Positions 26,530 through 40,060 of a stretch of DNA of 64,000 nucleotides are shown piece by piece. The notes under the pieces are model-generated. The model was not told the DNA's origin. It searched no databases and worked only from the letters and a program-made list of their open reading frames with translations. Position numbers and translations under genes: made by a program. The stretch is taken from assembly GCF_009914755.1 (NCBI RefSeq), contig NC_060935.1, one strand, 5' to 3'. Every line of letters begins with the position of its first letter. The first letter of the stretch is position 1. This DNA is from the human T2T-CHM13v2.0 reference genome, Homo sapiens.

Positions 26530-26780
26530 GCTTTTTGTTGTTTTTGAGGCAAAGTCTCACTCCGTCACCCAAGCTGAAGAGCAGCATTGCAATTGTAGCC
26601 CATTGCAGTCTCAAACTCCTGGAATAAAGTGATTCTTCCACCTTAGCCTCCAAAGTAGCTAGGACAACAGGGGTACATCACCAGGCATGGCTAATTTTCT
26701 TTTTCTTTTTTGTAGAGATGGTGTTTTACTATGTCTCCCAGGCTGGTCTCGAACTCCTGGCATAAAGGGATTCTTTACAC
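26530..26780 (-). mobile_element. Diverged AluJ
   Basis: ttttgaggcaaagtctcactccgtcacccaagctg...caggctggtctcgaactcctgg. Confidence 0.8.
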
Positions 26781-27922
26781 CTGTTGTTTACGTTAGCATA
26801 CAACGTGAACTGCAATTCTGAATTTACTTTTATAGCAGGTACTAACATAGCTTATACCATACTATAGTTGAATAATCTTTCCCCATCAATTTTTGCTGTA
26901 TTCTTTGTTACTAATACTTGCTTATATATCACTGAACCTATTTCTGGGTCATCTACTCTTATCTTTCTATGTATCCTTACATCAGCTCCCAGGATTTGAT
27001 ATTTATATAATGATATTCTATTTAATACACAGATGTTTACCCTCAAAATTCTACTTTAAAGAAATTACCTTAGTATTCTCACCAAGTATTTTTTTTCCTT
27101 CCATCTTAAAATGTTGTTCAAATTGTGTTCTACTTTTTTGATTTTACACAGAATTAAGCATAAATTAATCACAAATGTTTAACATTTTCAAAATTAATGG
27201 CCTCATAATATTGTTATTCTGGATAAACAGAGTTTTGCCAGATGAAAGTGGAAATAAGGAACTCTATGTAAAGGTAATGACAATACAAAGGTAGAAAGAA
27301 ATCAGACTTTGAAAATTCAGTTGTTTGGCTGAATATGATACATAGATACTAAAAACAACATGAAATAAAACTAGAAAAAGCCAGGGTCACAGAGTGGAGG
27401 GCTTTCAGTGTTAAGCAGAGTATGTTGTAATTAATCAGTTGGTAGTAGGGATGCACTGACATTTCTGAGCAGCACAAATCCAACTTATTATGTCAAAAAT
27501 AGGTCTTTTGAGATAGGGCAGCCCTGCATAGGATGCACTAGAATGGAGAGGCAGATGTCAGAGTTCAGAGACTGATCACAGCAAGAACTTCCCAAGTCTC
27601 TTTCAGCAACACTGATGTGAGTTAACATTTCTTTTTAATTATATCTATTATAGGTATATGAAGAAAACATTTTTCAGATAATTTGAATGTAAATTTTGTC
27701 CTTAATAATATAAATTATTTGTACTGTTTAAATAAATAATCCCAGATTACTGAGATATTTATTTTCCCTTCCTTGCTTGTGAGGATACAACCAATGCTGA
27801 AAAGATGCTTTTTTTACTGGAGTACCAAAAATATTTGTTAACTATATGATATTCAGAAAAAGCATAAAGACAAGATGATGAGGGCACAGAATTATCAGAA
27901 TTACTTTTCACTATTCTCTCTA

Positions 27923-28290
27923 TTACAAGTTGAGCATTCGTCATTTAAAAATCCAAAACGTGTATTAAAACATCTCATGCACCCCACAAATGTATACACC
28001 TACTATGTGCCCACAAAAATAAAAAATTAAGAAATTTTTTACAAAAGGGTCAAAATCTAAAAGTTTTTGAGCAGCAACGTGACATTAAAAGAAAATGTTA
28101 ATTGGAGCATTAATTTAAGCAAATAATTCTAGCATATCCTAAAAGACGGGATATTTTGGGATATGTATTAGGATATGTACTAGGGATGTTAAACCAATAA
28201 GTATACTGCAAATATTCCAAAATTTGAAAAAATCAAAAATCCAAAACTTTTCCAGTCTCAAGCATTTTATATAAGTGATAATCAACCTTA
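27923..28290 (+). mobile_element. Tigger4/MER46-like DNA transposon with an inserted L1M 3' stub
   Basis: TIR-like tacaagttgagcattc ... gataatcaacctta; L1MA-type tail catctcatgcaccccacaaatgtatacacctactatgtgcccacaaaaataaaaa. Confidence 0.6.
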
Positions 28291-28540
28291 TAATCTGTTG
28301 AATTGTATCATATGTATAGATTACATATTCTAAAGAGACATCATGTTTTGATGTCTTGCAGATTTAATTTTGAGACACACAGTAGTATTTTATTTATGAA
28401 CCCAAGTAATGCTTTTCCTTTATCAGCTTTTAGAGCATTTTGAAAGTTAATCTTTAACATAATGGTTGAAAGACGATGCTCTTTTATTTTCAAAACAATC
28501 CCACATTGAATTCAGTGGGGAATTGTATTTGATTCTTTAC

Positions 28541-28633
28541 CTAGACATGCCAGTGAACTCCGGGGAAGGACTTTTTTTTAGTTAAGTTTTCATAAGGAGA
28601 TTTACCTTCAAAGCTTTCACTGGGGCTTTGCAG
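28541..28633 (-). pseudogene. Orphan FOLH1 (PSMA/GCPII)-like exon, 93 bp, frameshifted
   Basis: Minus strand reads LQSPSESFEGKSPYENLTKK[+1 A]SPSPEFTGMSR versus recalled FOLH1 [31 protein letters not shown]. Flanked by a pyrimidine tract plus AG, and by GTAAAG. Confidence 0.8.
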
Positions 28634-29700
28634 CTACACAATTTAAAAGGAAAAAGAGAACACATAGAAATCAGATATATTAAATGTCCATTAAACAGAA
28701 GTAAATAACTAAACCATAATTTGGCAAAAACAAGGAATGATATCTGCACATTAGTAACTGTTAAGAATTATAATAATGAGTTTCTGACAATATGGAAAAA
28801 TACTGATGTTGTTATGTATAGGTGCAACTATATTATTAAAATAAATGCATAAACCACATAGAATAAAAAGTCTGCAACTAAATAGTACCAAGACATTGTC
28901 TTTAGATGAATGGTTCTATCATATTATTTTTTGGTCCATTTTGCTAAATTGAAAGGGACAGCTCTCAAAAATATTTACCTTTCTCTTACAAAAAAAGAAA
29001 ATAAAAAGTAGCAAACTAGTTAAGGTAAAGAAGAAGAGAGAAGAAAGAGAAGGAGCCTGAGCTTCTAGGATGCCTCGCTTTGTACATAGGTAATCTGGAT
29101 GATTCCACCAAAACGTATCTATTTGTTTGCTGGACTTCATTGAAATCTGGGAGTTTTCCAGAATTAATCCATTCAGAGATAAGACAGAAGGCAGAGACTA
29201 AAAACAAACAATCTCTGTAATATCCAAGTGATCATGCACCTGGATGCATAAGCATAGTGGAGGCAGAGGGATAAATAATCTTTTGGAGTCCTCAAGTCGC
29301 AGAAATCTCCTAATTCTTCAACACCAGTAGATAGAGCCATCCAAAAGCAGGAGAAGAAGCCAAGTAAAATCTGGAAGAAGGAATGTTAGAGAGTAGAAGT
29401 TGCAAGGGCAAGCTTTTACTGCTCACTGGACAGAGCAAACTCTTAGCTTCAGAAAGAAGGAGTGAAGGTAGACAGAGTGGCCCTTGCTCTGGGACCAACA
29501 CAATAGAGCACTTCCTAATGGCCCTTCCAAAATTGCCCAATCTAACCCTGCTGGAGGAGAAGGCTGTGAGGTTTTCTGGCTCCTAGAGTTCCTCTTGGAA
29601 TTCTAAATCCCAAATTCCCTGTCTGAACGAGGAGCTTCTTACCTTTTTCTTCCCAGTTTTTCCAGAGCAGATGAGCCAATATTGCTCCATGCTGAGGTCT

Positions 29701-30232
29701 TGAAACCATCCTTTTAAACGCCATAAAATTAATCAGGGAAGAAGAGACTGGGAGAAATAAAAATAAACCAAGCTTGCAACATTTTTAGAATAAATTATTA
29801 GGTGAGCTAGATCTCTGAACTGCTTTCTCCTAGTCATTTATTGCCTATTTCCTAGAATCAGGTAGACCCCAGTTTATAGTTCTCTGCGACTGTTCTATCC
29901 TGCATCCCAATTAAACTACAGACTCTGTGGTGCTGACAGTCCCCAGAAGCAACTGACTCGCCAAATAATGCAGTGTCCACATCCTGATAATTTCATACCC
30001 CCTTGCAGCGACCAATCAAGCAGAATTTTCCAGCCCCTCACCTTCCACAATCCCCTTAAAAATTCCAGCCCAGAACTCCTTGGAAAGATGGATTTGAGGG
30101 TCTCCTCCAATGTTCTCACTCAGAACACTGTGATCATTAAAGTTATTATCTGCTGCAAATCTCCTGTCTTAGTGTGGTTGGCATGTTACTGCACAGTAGG
30201 CTGTTACTGTACAACCTGTTGGTCCTATAACA
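29701..30232 (+). mobile_element. Solo ERV1-class LTR (LTR26-like)
   Basis: TG...CA termini (tgaaaccatcc ... cctataaca), near-TSD gtct/atct, internal ataaaattaatcagggaag and aaaccaagcttgca. Confidence 0.65.
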
Positions 30233-31631
30233 ATCTGGCAGTTCTAAACTCCAGCACAGCCTTCTGTGTTATGAGGAAGTCATATACTGTTTTTTAAAGA
30301 AAAAGGATGCAAAATATTTATTGACAGATTGTTAGCTACAGTTATACATTTTAAACATTTGGACATTTGTATGTGGGCCTCTATTTATTTCCTTGTAGTG
30401 GTTTACAAGTATGAGAAGATGTCTGCAAAAAAGTTATTACCAAAAGTTTAACAGTCAAAAGGATGAGCTGTGTGGAAAGAATACTGGTAATTAAGTGAAG
30501 CCATGTTTTGACATGCACATTTTTCTAGGCCGTTGACTCTTCCCAAGTCATCTACTTTGATTATTGCTTATTTCCTCATTTTAATATTTAGTTTACAAAA
30601 TTTTGTAAATAGTATTCAAACAAAAAAGGCAAAAACGTGGGAAAATAATAAAGAGTAATTTTAAATGAAAAACTCACTTCCCAACTCTACCAAAACTGAA
30701 TAATGAAATCTGGATGCCTTCCTATTCTGAAGTGTTTCTTACCTAGATACAGCTCTAGCCATGAAGAGTTTTTGGAAGAAATGCCTTTCTAAGCTTTCCA
30801 CAATATGAGTGTATATATTCCAGGTAGACCCTATTAAGGTGCTGTTAATTTTTTACCACTGTGCTTTTTAAAAACGAGCTTAGATTCTAAAACGCAACTA
30901 ATCTCTCCTGTGGCAAATGATTTCAAAAACATTAACAAGATTTCTTTTATCAGTTTTTAGCAGCATAGTATCCTCAGTAAAGTGCATAAATGTGTGCTTA
31001 TTAATAATACACATTACCCAAAATTATTTATAACTATTCTCTAGGATGATGGGTAGAGTAGACAGAAAATAGTTGGCACAGCAGTAGGAAATAAATGTGT
31101 CCAGATAGATCCTTTTTCAACCTTGTTCCAGACTAGGCTAACAAACTCTCAAAGAGAGATCCAAAAGGATCAAATTATTTCCAAAAAACTCAACAGTGCT
31201 CACAAATAGCACTCAAAAATATTTTTAAAAATACATTTGCAGTAAAAAAATTCACTATGTCTGTAATACAGTAAAAAATTACCAACAGAGTAAAGAAGTA
31301 CAAAAAAATGCCCATAAAGAGAAAAAAATAATCAATACAAATTAAAACAGGATTGACAGAGATGCTAGAATTAGCAGATCAGGACATTACAACATTTGAA
31401 ATAACTATATTTTTTATATTTTTTTATATTCAAATAAAGTATGTAGAGATATGGTAGATGTAAAAAGAGAAATTTGTATAAGAGACATACAATCTACAAC
31501 TTCTTAAATGAGAACAACATTGACAGGGATTACAGGCTGATTAGATTTGCATCGTATTAGATTACAAAGTGTGAAGAAAAGGAAGGGGAAAAAAGTTAAA
31601 CTAGAGCTATAGCAATATTCATCATAATCTA

Positions 31632-32034
31632 TTAGGTTGGTGCAAAAAGTAATTGCGGTTTTGCCATTACTTTTTTTTTTCTTTTTTTTCTTTTTTTTTT
31701 TGAGACAGAGTCTCACTCTCTCGCCCAGGCTGGTGTGCAGTGGCGCGATCTCCACTCACCGCAACCTTCACCTCCTGGGTTCAAGCGATTTTTCCTGCCA
31801 CAGCCTCCCAAGTAGCTGGGACTACAGGCACCCACCACCATGCCCGGCTAATTTTTGTATTTTTAGTAGAGATGGGTTTTTGCGGTATCAGCCAATCTGG
31901 TCTCGAACTCCTGACCTTAGGTAGTCCACCTGCTTCAGCCTCCCAAAGTGCTTGAATTAGAGGCGTGAGCCACCGTGCATGGCCTGCCTTTACTTTCAAT
32001 GGTAAAAACCACAATTACTTATGCCCCACTCTAA
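31632..32034. mobile_element. MADE1 (Hsmar1 MITE) split by an Alu
   Basis: TA-flanked ttaggttggtgcaaaaagtaattgcggttttgccatt ... aatggtaaaaaccacaattacttatgccccactctaa. Confidence 0.85.
31671..31984 (-). mobile_element. AluS inside MADE1
   Basis: Full Alu; TSD tgccattacttt / tgcctttacttt. Confidence 0.92.
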
Positions 32035-32364
32035 TAATTGCTTAAAATCAGTGACAAAAAATGAAAGAATAAAATAAAGGAAGGAAAAAGGAAGAAAGGG
32101 ACCGAGGGAGGGAGGGTGGGAGGTAAAGGAAAACAGACATAATCTTCAGAAAAAAAGAAAAAAATGTCAATTAATTTTTTGTCAGGTATAGTACAAGTGA
32201 CTAGGAATGGAAAACATCCTTGAAGTAACAATAAAGAAAAATATTGTCAATCTGAGTTCTATACCCAAGGAAAATCTTTCCAAAACAATACATTTTTTCA
32301 AAGAAAAATAAAGTCCTTATTCAGACGCAAAAAAGCTGAAAAAAATCAGACTCACATTGCAATA

Positions 32365-32411
32365 CATACACACGAACACACAAGCACACACACACACACA
32401 CACACACACAC
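32365..32411. repeat. (CA)n microsatellite
   Basis: Visible CA run. Confidence 0.9.
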
Positions 32412-33559
32412 TGAAGAGCACCAGAAATTGTAATTGCATAGATAAATATGTAAGATTTTTAATTCACGCAACACTTTTTAAAACTAAGCCTTAGTTTCTA
32501 AGTCTTTGATTACCATTCATAGCATCCAAACTGCCTATAAAGTTCTGTGAACCTTTATCCTCTTCCTACTAGTAAGTGTAAAGAATAAAGTTTGTTTCTA
32601 TTTGTGTCTATGTGCAACACTTCTTCCATTGCACAATATCAAAGATAAATAATATTAATATCCTGTGTCACTGCAAGTAGATTATGCAGATATACAAATA
32701 AGTAAGTATAACAATATAAGTTTTCTGTCTTAATATAGAAATATCCAAGACATTTCTGATGGAGGTTATCTGGAGGAAGTCACCGAAACCCGGATCTTTT
32801 ATATTGTCACTGTTTTGCTGGAAAAGGTCACTTGAATTGGTTACTATGGGATGCAATTAAATAAACTAACTTTTGACAATCTAATGCATATTTACGGTAA
32901 TGTACTCTTTGATTTTCCATCTTCTGAAATACTAATCAATTTAAGCATTTTCTCCAACGTTTAATGGTTCTCTTTACTTCCTCTTTAATAGAATAAATAG
33001 AATAAATAATCTGTTCATTCCTTGGACCATTTAAAATAGAATAATTTACATTTATGTTACTGAGGGGTAGGATTATTAAATGCATAGTTTTTGTATTTTA
33101 TATAATAACATTATACAAAACACACATTTTGGCAATGCCTTCAAAAATATTTTCTGAAATAGAGGGGGTCTTGTGCCATGAGATTTAAAAAATATTCTTT
33201 CCTTACACTAGAGATGAATGCATCAGGTCACGTACCATTTTATAAATACAGAACCGATTGATTTGATTCCTTCTAATTGATTTGTTATAGAGACATTCCT
33301 GGAGAGAAAATGCATCTGATAATTATTCCATGATTAATTATATCTTTCAATTATCAACTATGTAGTATTGCTAATTTTAAAATGACATTGTGGACACAAA
33401 TTTCCAACTCTGAACCTGACTCATATATTTTTACATTTATTCTTATGTTATCTTGCAGGTCAAACCATTTTTTGTGTTTGATTACCCATTAAAAGAATAT
33501 TAGAAAAATAAGCTATCACTGTACAGAGGATATCAAGGAATCAGTACTTTAAAATTTTA

Positions 33560-33960
33560 TTTTTAATAGACACATAATTTTACCTATTTGTAGGGTAGAT
33601 AGTGATGTTTTGATACATATGATGCATAGTAATCAGATCAGAGTATTTAGCACATTGTCTCAAACATTTACCATTTCTTTTTTTTTAGGGAACCTGCAAT
33701 ATCCTCATTCTAGCTATTTGAAAGTATATATTACTGTTAATTATAATCATCTTGCAATGCTATAGACCGTTACAACTTATACCTCCCATCTACCTATAAT
33801 TTTGTATTTTTAAATTGTATTTATTTTCTCTTTTAGTATTCATTATATTTAATTATATTTAATTTTGTACCTCTCCCTATACCCTCTGCCTTCTACCGTT
33901 CCTAGCCACTAGTATCCTCTGTTTTACTTTTTAATTCCATGAGATCACTTTTTTTTAGTT
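33560..33960 (-). mobile_element. Old L1 (L1MA/MB) 3' end
   Basis: gtgatgttttgatacatat...aatcagatcagagt...tctagctatttgaaa...ccatgagatcacttttttt. Confidence 0.65.
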
Positions 33961-34539
33961 AAGCAAGTGGCTGGTTATGAGTATATGCAGATGTTGTTCA
34001 TATTTATAGAGAGTACAATAGATTACGCAGTGTTTTGTTGAACTATATTCTCTCCCTTGTTATATTGAAAATATTGCCACAATATACGTAATATATATAT
34101 ATCCTTGTGCATTTTTATGGAAATTTCCATACTAATGATATTATAGGTTTAAAATATATGTACACTTAAAAATTGATAAGTACCTCTAAATGTTCCTCTC
34201 AAATAGTTTCTTTCTAAGGATAACTAATAGTCACTAACTGGCCAACAAATATCTTTGAAATTCTGAGATGATTGCATTAATTAGAATGAGTATCTGAATT
34301 AGGATTAGGTGGGATCTTAATGATAAAAATGTGGGAGTGTCTGTTATTAATTAGCACACGGATTTATTGAGGGATGTTGCTATTCACACCTTCAGAAGTC
34401 ACATCCTTGACATATTGAAAGCAAGACCCACCAATTTCTTCAAACTCCAAAGTTAATGTCGCTTTACGATAATTTTCCCCTGCATTTTCCCCCCTACATA
34501 TCAAATACCTAAGCCAATTTGTCTTGGAATCTGTAGGGT

Positions 34540-35612
34540 TTTTGTTTGTTTCTTTGCTTGTGTTTTACTTTTTTTTTTTTTTAATTATACTTTAAGTTCT
34601 GGGATACATGTGCAGAAAGTGCAGGTTTGTTGCATAGGTATACATGTGCCTTGGTGGTTTGCTGCACCCATCAACCTGTCATCTACATTAGGTATTTCAC
34701 CTAACGCTATTCCTCCCCTATCCCCCAACCCCCAGATAGGCCCTGGTGTGTGATGTTCCCCTCCCTGTGACCATGTGTTCTCGTTGTTCAACCCCCACTT
34801 ATGAGTGAGAACATGCGATGTTTGTTTTCCTGTTCTTGTGTTAGTTTGCTGAGAATGATGGTTTCAAGCTTCATCCATGTCTCTGCAAAGGACATGAACT
34901 CATCCTTTTTTTTTTTTTTTTTTTTTTTGAAGGAGTCTGACTCTGTCGCCCAGGCTAGAGTGCAGTGGTGCAATCTTGGCTCACTGAAAACCCCGCCCCC
35001 GGGTTCACGACATTCTCCTGCCTCAGCCTCCCGAGTAGCTGGGACTACAGGTGACAGCCACCATGCCCAGCTAATTTTTTATTTTTTTGTATTTTTAGTA
35101 GAGACAGGGTTTCACCGTGTTAGCCAGGATGGTTTCCATTTCCTGACCTCGTGATCCACCTGCCTCGGCCTCCCAAAGTGCTGGGATTACAGGCGTGAGC
35201 CTGGCACCCAGCCAAACTCATCCTTTTTCATGGCTGCATAGTATTCCATGGTGTATATGTGCCACATTTTCCTTATCCAGCCTATCATTGATGGACATTT
35301 TGGTTGGTTCCAAGTCTTTGCTATGGTGAACAGTGCTGCAATAAACCTAAGTGTGCATGTGTCTTTATAGTAGAATGATTTATTGTCCTTTGAGTATATA
35401 CCCAGTAGTGGGATTGCTGGGTCAAATGGTATTTCTGGTTCTAGATCCTTGAGGAATTGCCACAATTGTTTCCTGACTTTTTCATGATTGCCATTCTAAC
35501 TGGCATGAGATGGTATCTCATTGTGGCTTTGATTTGCATCTACTGATCAATGATTATGACCTTTTTTTCATATGTTTGATGGCTGCATAAATGTCTTCCT
35601 TTGAGAAATGTA
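34540..35612 (-). mobile_element. L1PA 3' fragment with an internal deletion and a nested AluY
   Basis: ttatactttaagttctgggatacatgtgcag 3' end; ORF2 C-terminal peptide WQFLKDLEPEIPFDPAIPLLGIY; TSD-like tggaatctgta on both sides. Confidence 0.9.
34906..35213 (-). mobile_element. AluY inside L1
   Basis: Full Alu; TSD aactcatccttttt. Confidence 0.92.
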
Positions 35613-36722
35613 TGGAATCTGTAATTTTTGCTTTTGTTTTCATTATTTTTTAATCTGTCTGGCATGCCAGTTCACATTCTCTGCTCCCTTCATCCCTCCT
35701 TCCTTCCCTCACTATGGCCTCTATTTCTTTCCTAATACCACCAACAGGTCATTCTTCAAAGTTTCACTTTTCAGGGAGAGTCCTGTAAAATAGTCTATTT
35801 ACAAACTTTTAACCTGGGATGTATGACCTTGGTTCAATATTGTCTTTTGGAAATTCACAACAAATACCACTATTCTCCAAGTACAAGTTTCTGTATCCAC
35901 AGCTAATTTCAACACCTACCACTCTATCCCAGCTTGCTCTGTCCAAACCTGGTAAAGTTCTTAATTTTCTGACCCCTCTTTTCTATCCAAATGAAAACAG
36001 ATTCCGAAACTTTTGTAATAGGGGACTGAGGGATCTGGAGACTGCAAGACTGAAGGACCACAGATGTGCTGGAATCACCGCTGGCGTCGGGCTTCAAGAG
36101 AAGCACAAGGCTCATGCATAGTCTCCAGAGGTTTTTATGTTTTCTGCCTGGCTTTCTTCTGAGCCTCCTGTCTCCTATGCTGCTGTGACCCTTCAATTTG
36201 GCTGTAGCCTTTACCACCACCTCTGGCTTGGGTTCCATCTTTTTTTCTAAAATTACGTTGATGCAAGAAGTTTTAAAGGATGGTTTTCACAGACTTTTTA
36301 AGAAAAGGGAAATTCGTTGAAAGCATTAAAGATTTACCTGCCTGCAGACTCTTAACAACACTTAGGAGTACACTATTTCTAGAGCCATATGAGTTAGCTT
36401 CCCAATAAGAGGGAAATATCCCAGAGGCAAGGATGGCTTCAGACAATTTAAACACAGCGTCTCTACTTATTTGCTTACGGAATCTGAAGGTTTCATTAAC
36501 TCCAGATCTGACTCACAAGCTGTTTATCCTTTGCAAAGAATGGCACATAGTCAGGATGGACCAAATTTATCATGAAAGACAATGCACAATTACTGATCTT
36601 TTATTACCAAGACTCCCAATTTGAAGTTAACATTGAAGAAAACATAGCTGATAATAAAATGACTTTGATAAACCAGTGGTTTTTCTGAATCCAGCATTTA
36701 TGAGAATATTGAAGATAAGAAT

Positions 36723-37023
36723 CAGCCGCGTTTGGTGGCTCACATTTGTCATGCCAGCACTTTGGGAGGCTGAGGCGGGCATATCACTTGAGATCAGGAG
36801 TTTGGGACCAGCCTGGCCAACATGGTGAAATCCTGTGGTCTCGATTAAAAATACAAAAATTAGCCAGGGGTTGCTGTAATCCCAGCAACTCAGGAGGCTG
36901 AGAATCGCTTGAACCCGGGAGGCGGAGGTTGCAGTGAGCCCATGTCAGGCATCTGTATTTCCAGCCTGGGGGATAGAGGGAGTCACCGTCTCAAAAAAAT
37001 AAAATAAAATAAATAAATAAATA
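36723..37023 (+). mobile_element. AluS
   Basis: Dimeric Alu with an A-rich tail. Confidence 0.9.
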
Positions 37024-38568
37024 ATCTACGCTAGAAGCAAAAAAAAAAAGAAGAAGAAGAATTTGTTCAGCTAAAAATTATTTGCATCAAAACAAACTTC
37101 TTCAAAGCTTTTCCAGTCTAAGTTTACATTTTATGATGCTACTTTGGAAAGCATGCAAGGGCCGTTGAAACAAGGAACTATAATTAAGCATATATGTCAG
37201 TAAGACAGTACAGTTTACTCTTATAACTAATATATTTTGCACATTTACAAAAATCTGCAATTTTTAGTAACTGATGATCCAGACCATATTTTGTATTATT
37301 TGCTTTGCATAAAGTGTCTACAATACACAAATCCACAAAGATCTAAAGTACAAAAGGGATTGTGAGTCGAGTGGGTGGGGAAGGCGCAATGAATAGAGAG
37401 TAATGATAAAGAGTTTTGGGTTTCATTTTGGGGTATATAAAATGTCCAGGAATCAGACAGTTATGGTTTTTCACAACTCTTTATTAAAGTAAAATTTAGG
37501 AAACAAATGTATAATGTCAATGTGGTTATCCCATTTCATACCCAGATAATAATTTTGTTTCCTCAAGTTACAGTGAGCTCAAAGATGCTCACACATTGTC
37601 CTATTGTCTCACATGAGAAGGTCTCGAGATTAGAAGATTTTTCAGGCAAGAGAGCTCACTAGGAAATCATAATGAAACCTGACTTTCATGGGGAACCAAA
37701 ACAAAAGAAAGGTGTCAAAAGGGAAGACAAAGAGAAAGGGAAAAGGCTGTATATGAGGGAACCTTTTGAAACATCATAAAAGCTCACAACTGTGTTGTCA
37801 TAATCCAGAAACATCCCAACCCGACCCAAAGGTCTTTGCACATAGTGAGTTAAGGGAAGAAAGGTGTTGGAGAGGCTATAAAGGCTGTTTCTCTTTGAAG
37901 AAAATTGAAAAAATGCTTCCTCAAAAGCAGGAACATGATTTGTGTTTGCTGTCCTGGAATCTTTACAGACTCCTAGAATCCAGCTGGAGGACTGGGTTAC
38001 ATCCACTTCCCAGTAATGCCTGCCAGAGGAGAAGGCCTGAGCTCCCCATGCTGCAAAGTTCTCTGCTCTCTGGGACTCCCCGGGTGCACCATCATGGTCA
38101 TCTCCAAATACCACATTTCTCACATCCTCAGAAAGGCTCATATAGTGACTCGTCTTTTCCTTACTCAGAGGATCATCCACTGCAAGAAGAACAAAAATCA
38201 GATCAAGGAGTTACGTGGGGGTCAGATGTTATCTGCCCAGGTACTGGCTTTATTTGTACCTCCTGTAAGTGACAGACAGAATACATGGAGCAAAAAGACT
38301 TTGGAGACTGTCATCTATGAAGATCAAGGGTTATTATGACTTCTACAGCACAGGAGAATCCTTAAAATCACACAGAAAAACAAATAAACAAACATATCAT
38401 TAATTGTGTGAATCAATGATTTAATGTCTGGCTTTGCACGATTCGTTTCAAGAGATATGTAACATTCTTTATTTATTTAGTAGAAAATGCCACTTGCATT
38501 GTTTGTATTCAATATAATTAACAAATAGACTTCACTCTGCTATGATGCTCTTGTTTAGTGGGATATAA

Positions 38569-38868
<300 letters not shown>

Positions 38869-40060
38869 CTCACCTCCTCCATGTTTAAACATCAGAATTT
38901 GATGGACTTCCATACATGTGCAGTTTAGAAGTTTCTGAAAATAATGATCATGTTCTGCTTTTACGTGACCTGGTCAGCCACTGCTTCATTCAGTCTAATC
39001 CCGGTTTTAGCCCTCTGTTGTCTAATGGCTGCCTTACATGTTTGGGCCATTTTCACAGAACCCTCAGCTTCCAGTTGTTGTGAAATGTATCTTACAGCAG
39101 TAAAGTTGTTCTGTTTATGGAAGTTTTAGTTATTTGGTTGGTCAACGCTTTCTAATTTTTATGATAAATATTATTTCTACAATATATGATAAATTCACAG
39201 AAATTAAAACTAAAATGGGAAACGGCTCAACCAAGGAATCCACTAAACAGAAGTTGAGGCTGTACTGCCAAGCAGCTGGCTCTTACCTCTGAATTTATTG
39301 AGCATATCTAGCACTCCGGTGATGTGCCAGGAAGTGAGTTCTGGGTTCACTGGCTGGGGCTTTTCCATTTGCACCAAATCTGTCCTGCAAAGAACAACCT
39401 CAGTTACACTTTTAGGCCCAGGGATAATCACACAGTCATACAAATGTTTCAGATTTTCATCCAAGATATTTCTGGAGAAATCTCCCTTTTTTGTTAAATT
39501 CAGTATACATTTTATTCAACTGTATTGAGGATATAGCAATGTTACTTTTATCTAAATTTAACATGTTAAAGTCCAATTTCTCTATTCTCTCATACATGAT
39601 CCTAATTTAAAATTACTGAGTGTCATTTCCTCCCTCTCCCCCTCCGGCCTCTTCAAAGTATACAGATATCCTGGGATTCTTGCTGAGAGAAGAAAACTCA
39701 GCCAAAGCCTTTGGGACCTCAGTCGGTAGTTGTCACCAGTGATGCAGTCAGGGTCTTACAGGGAATGCCCACTGACACTAAAGGTTTTGAACTTTTGTTC
39801 AAACCAAAGGAGTCTATTTTCAGCCTGTCAGCTCTGGCGCTGAGGATCCTGAGGCAGCCATTCCCCTCTTAGATTCTACCTACAACAGGGCAGTGCAGAG
39901 ATGGAGCAGGGCCTGGCTATTGATATCCCTGGGAACAAATCCTCCCTCCCTTTCCTGTCCTTAGGGCATTTCCCTCTCTTTTTCACCTCTCGCCTCTGCC
40001 TCTCCAGAATAGGAGACTCCTTTGTGATAGCTCAGAGTAATCTTCTTAAGATTTGCTGGG

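Noticed and set aside
26000-33500. Additional FOLH1 exons flanking the orphan exon
   Set aside because: Searched by eye for the adjacent exons' peptides and found none; alignment is required.
35924-36238. 104-aa basic ORF (MEPKPEVVVK...)
   Set aside because: No family recognised and no splice or polyA support; a BLASTX search would be needed.
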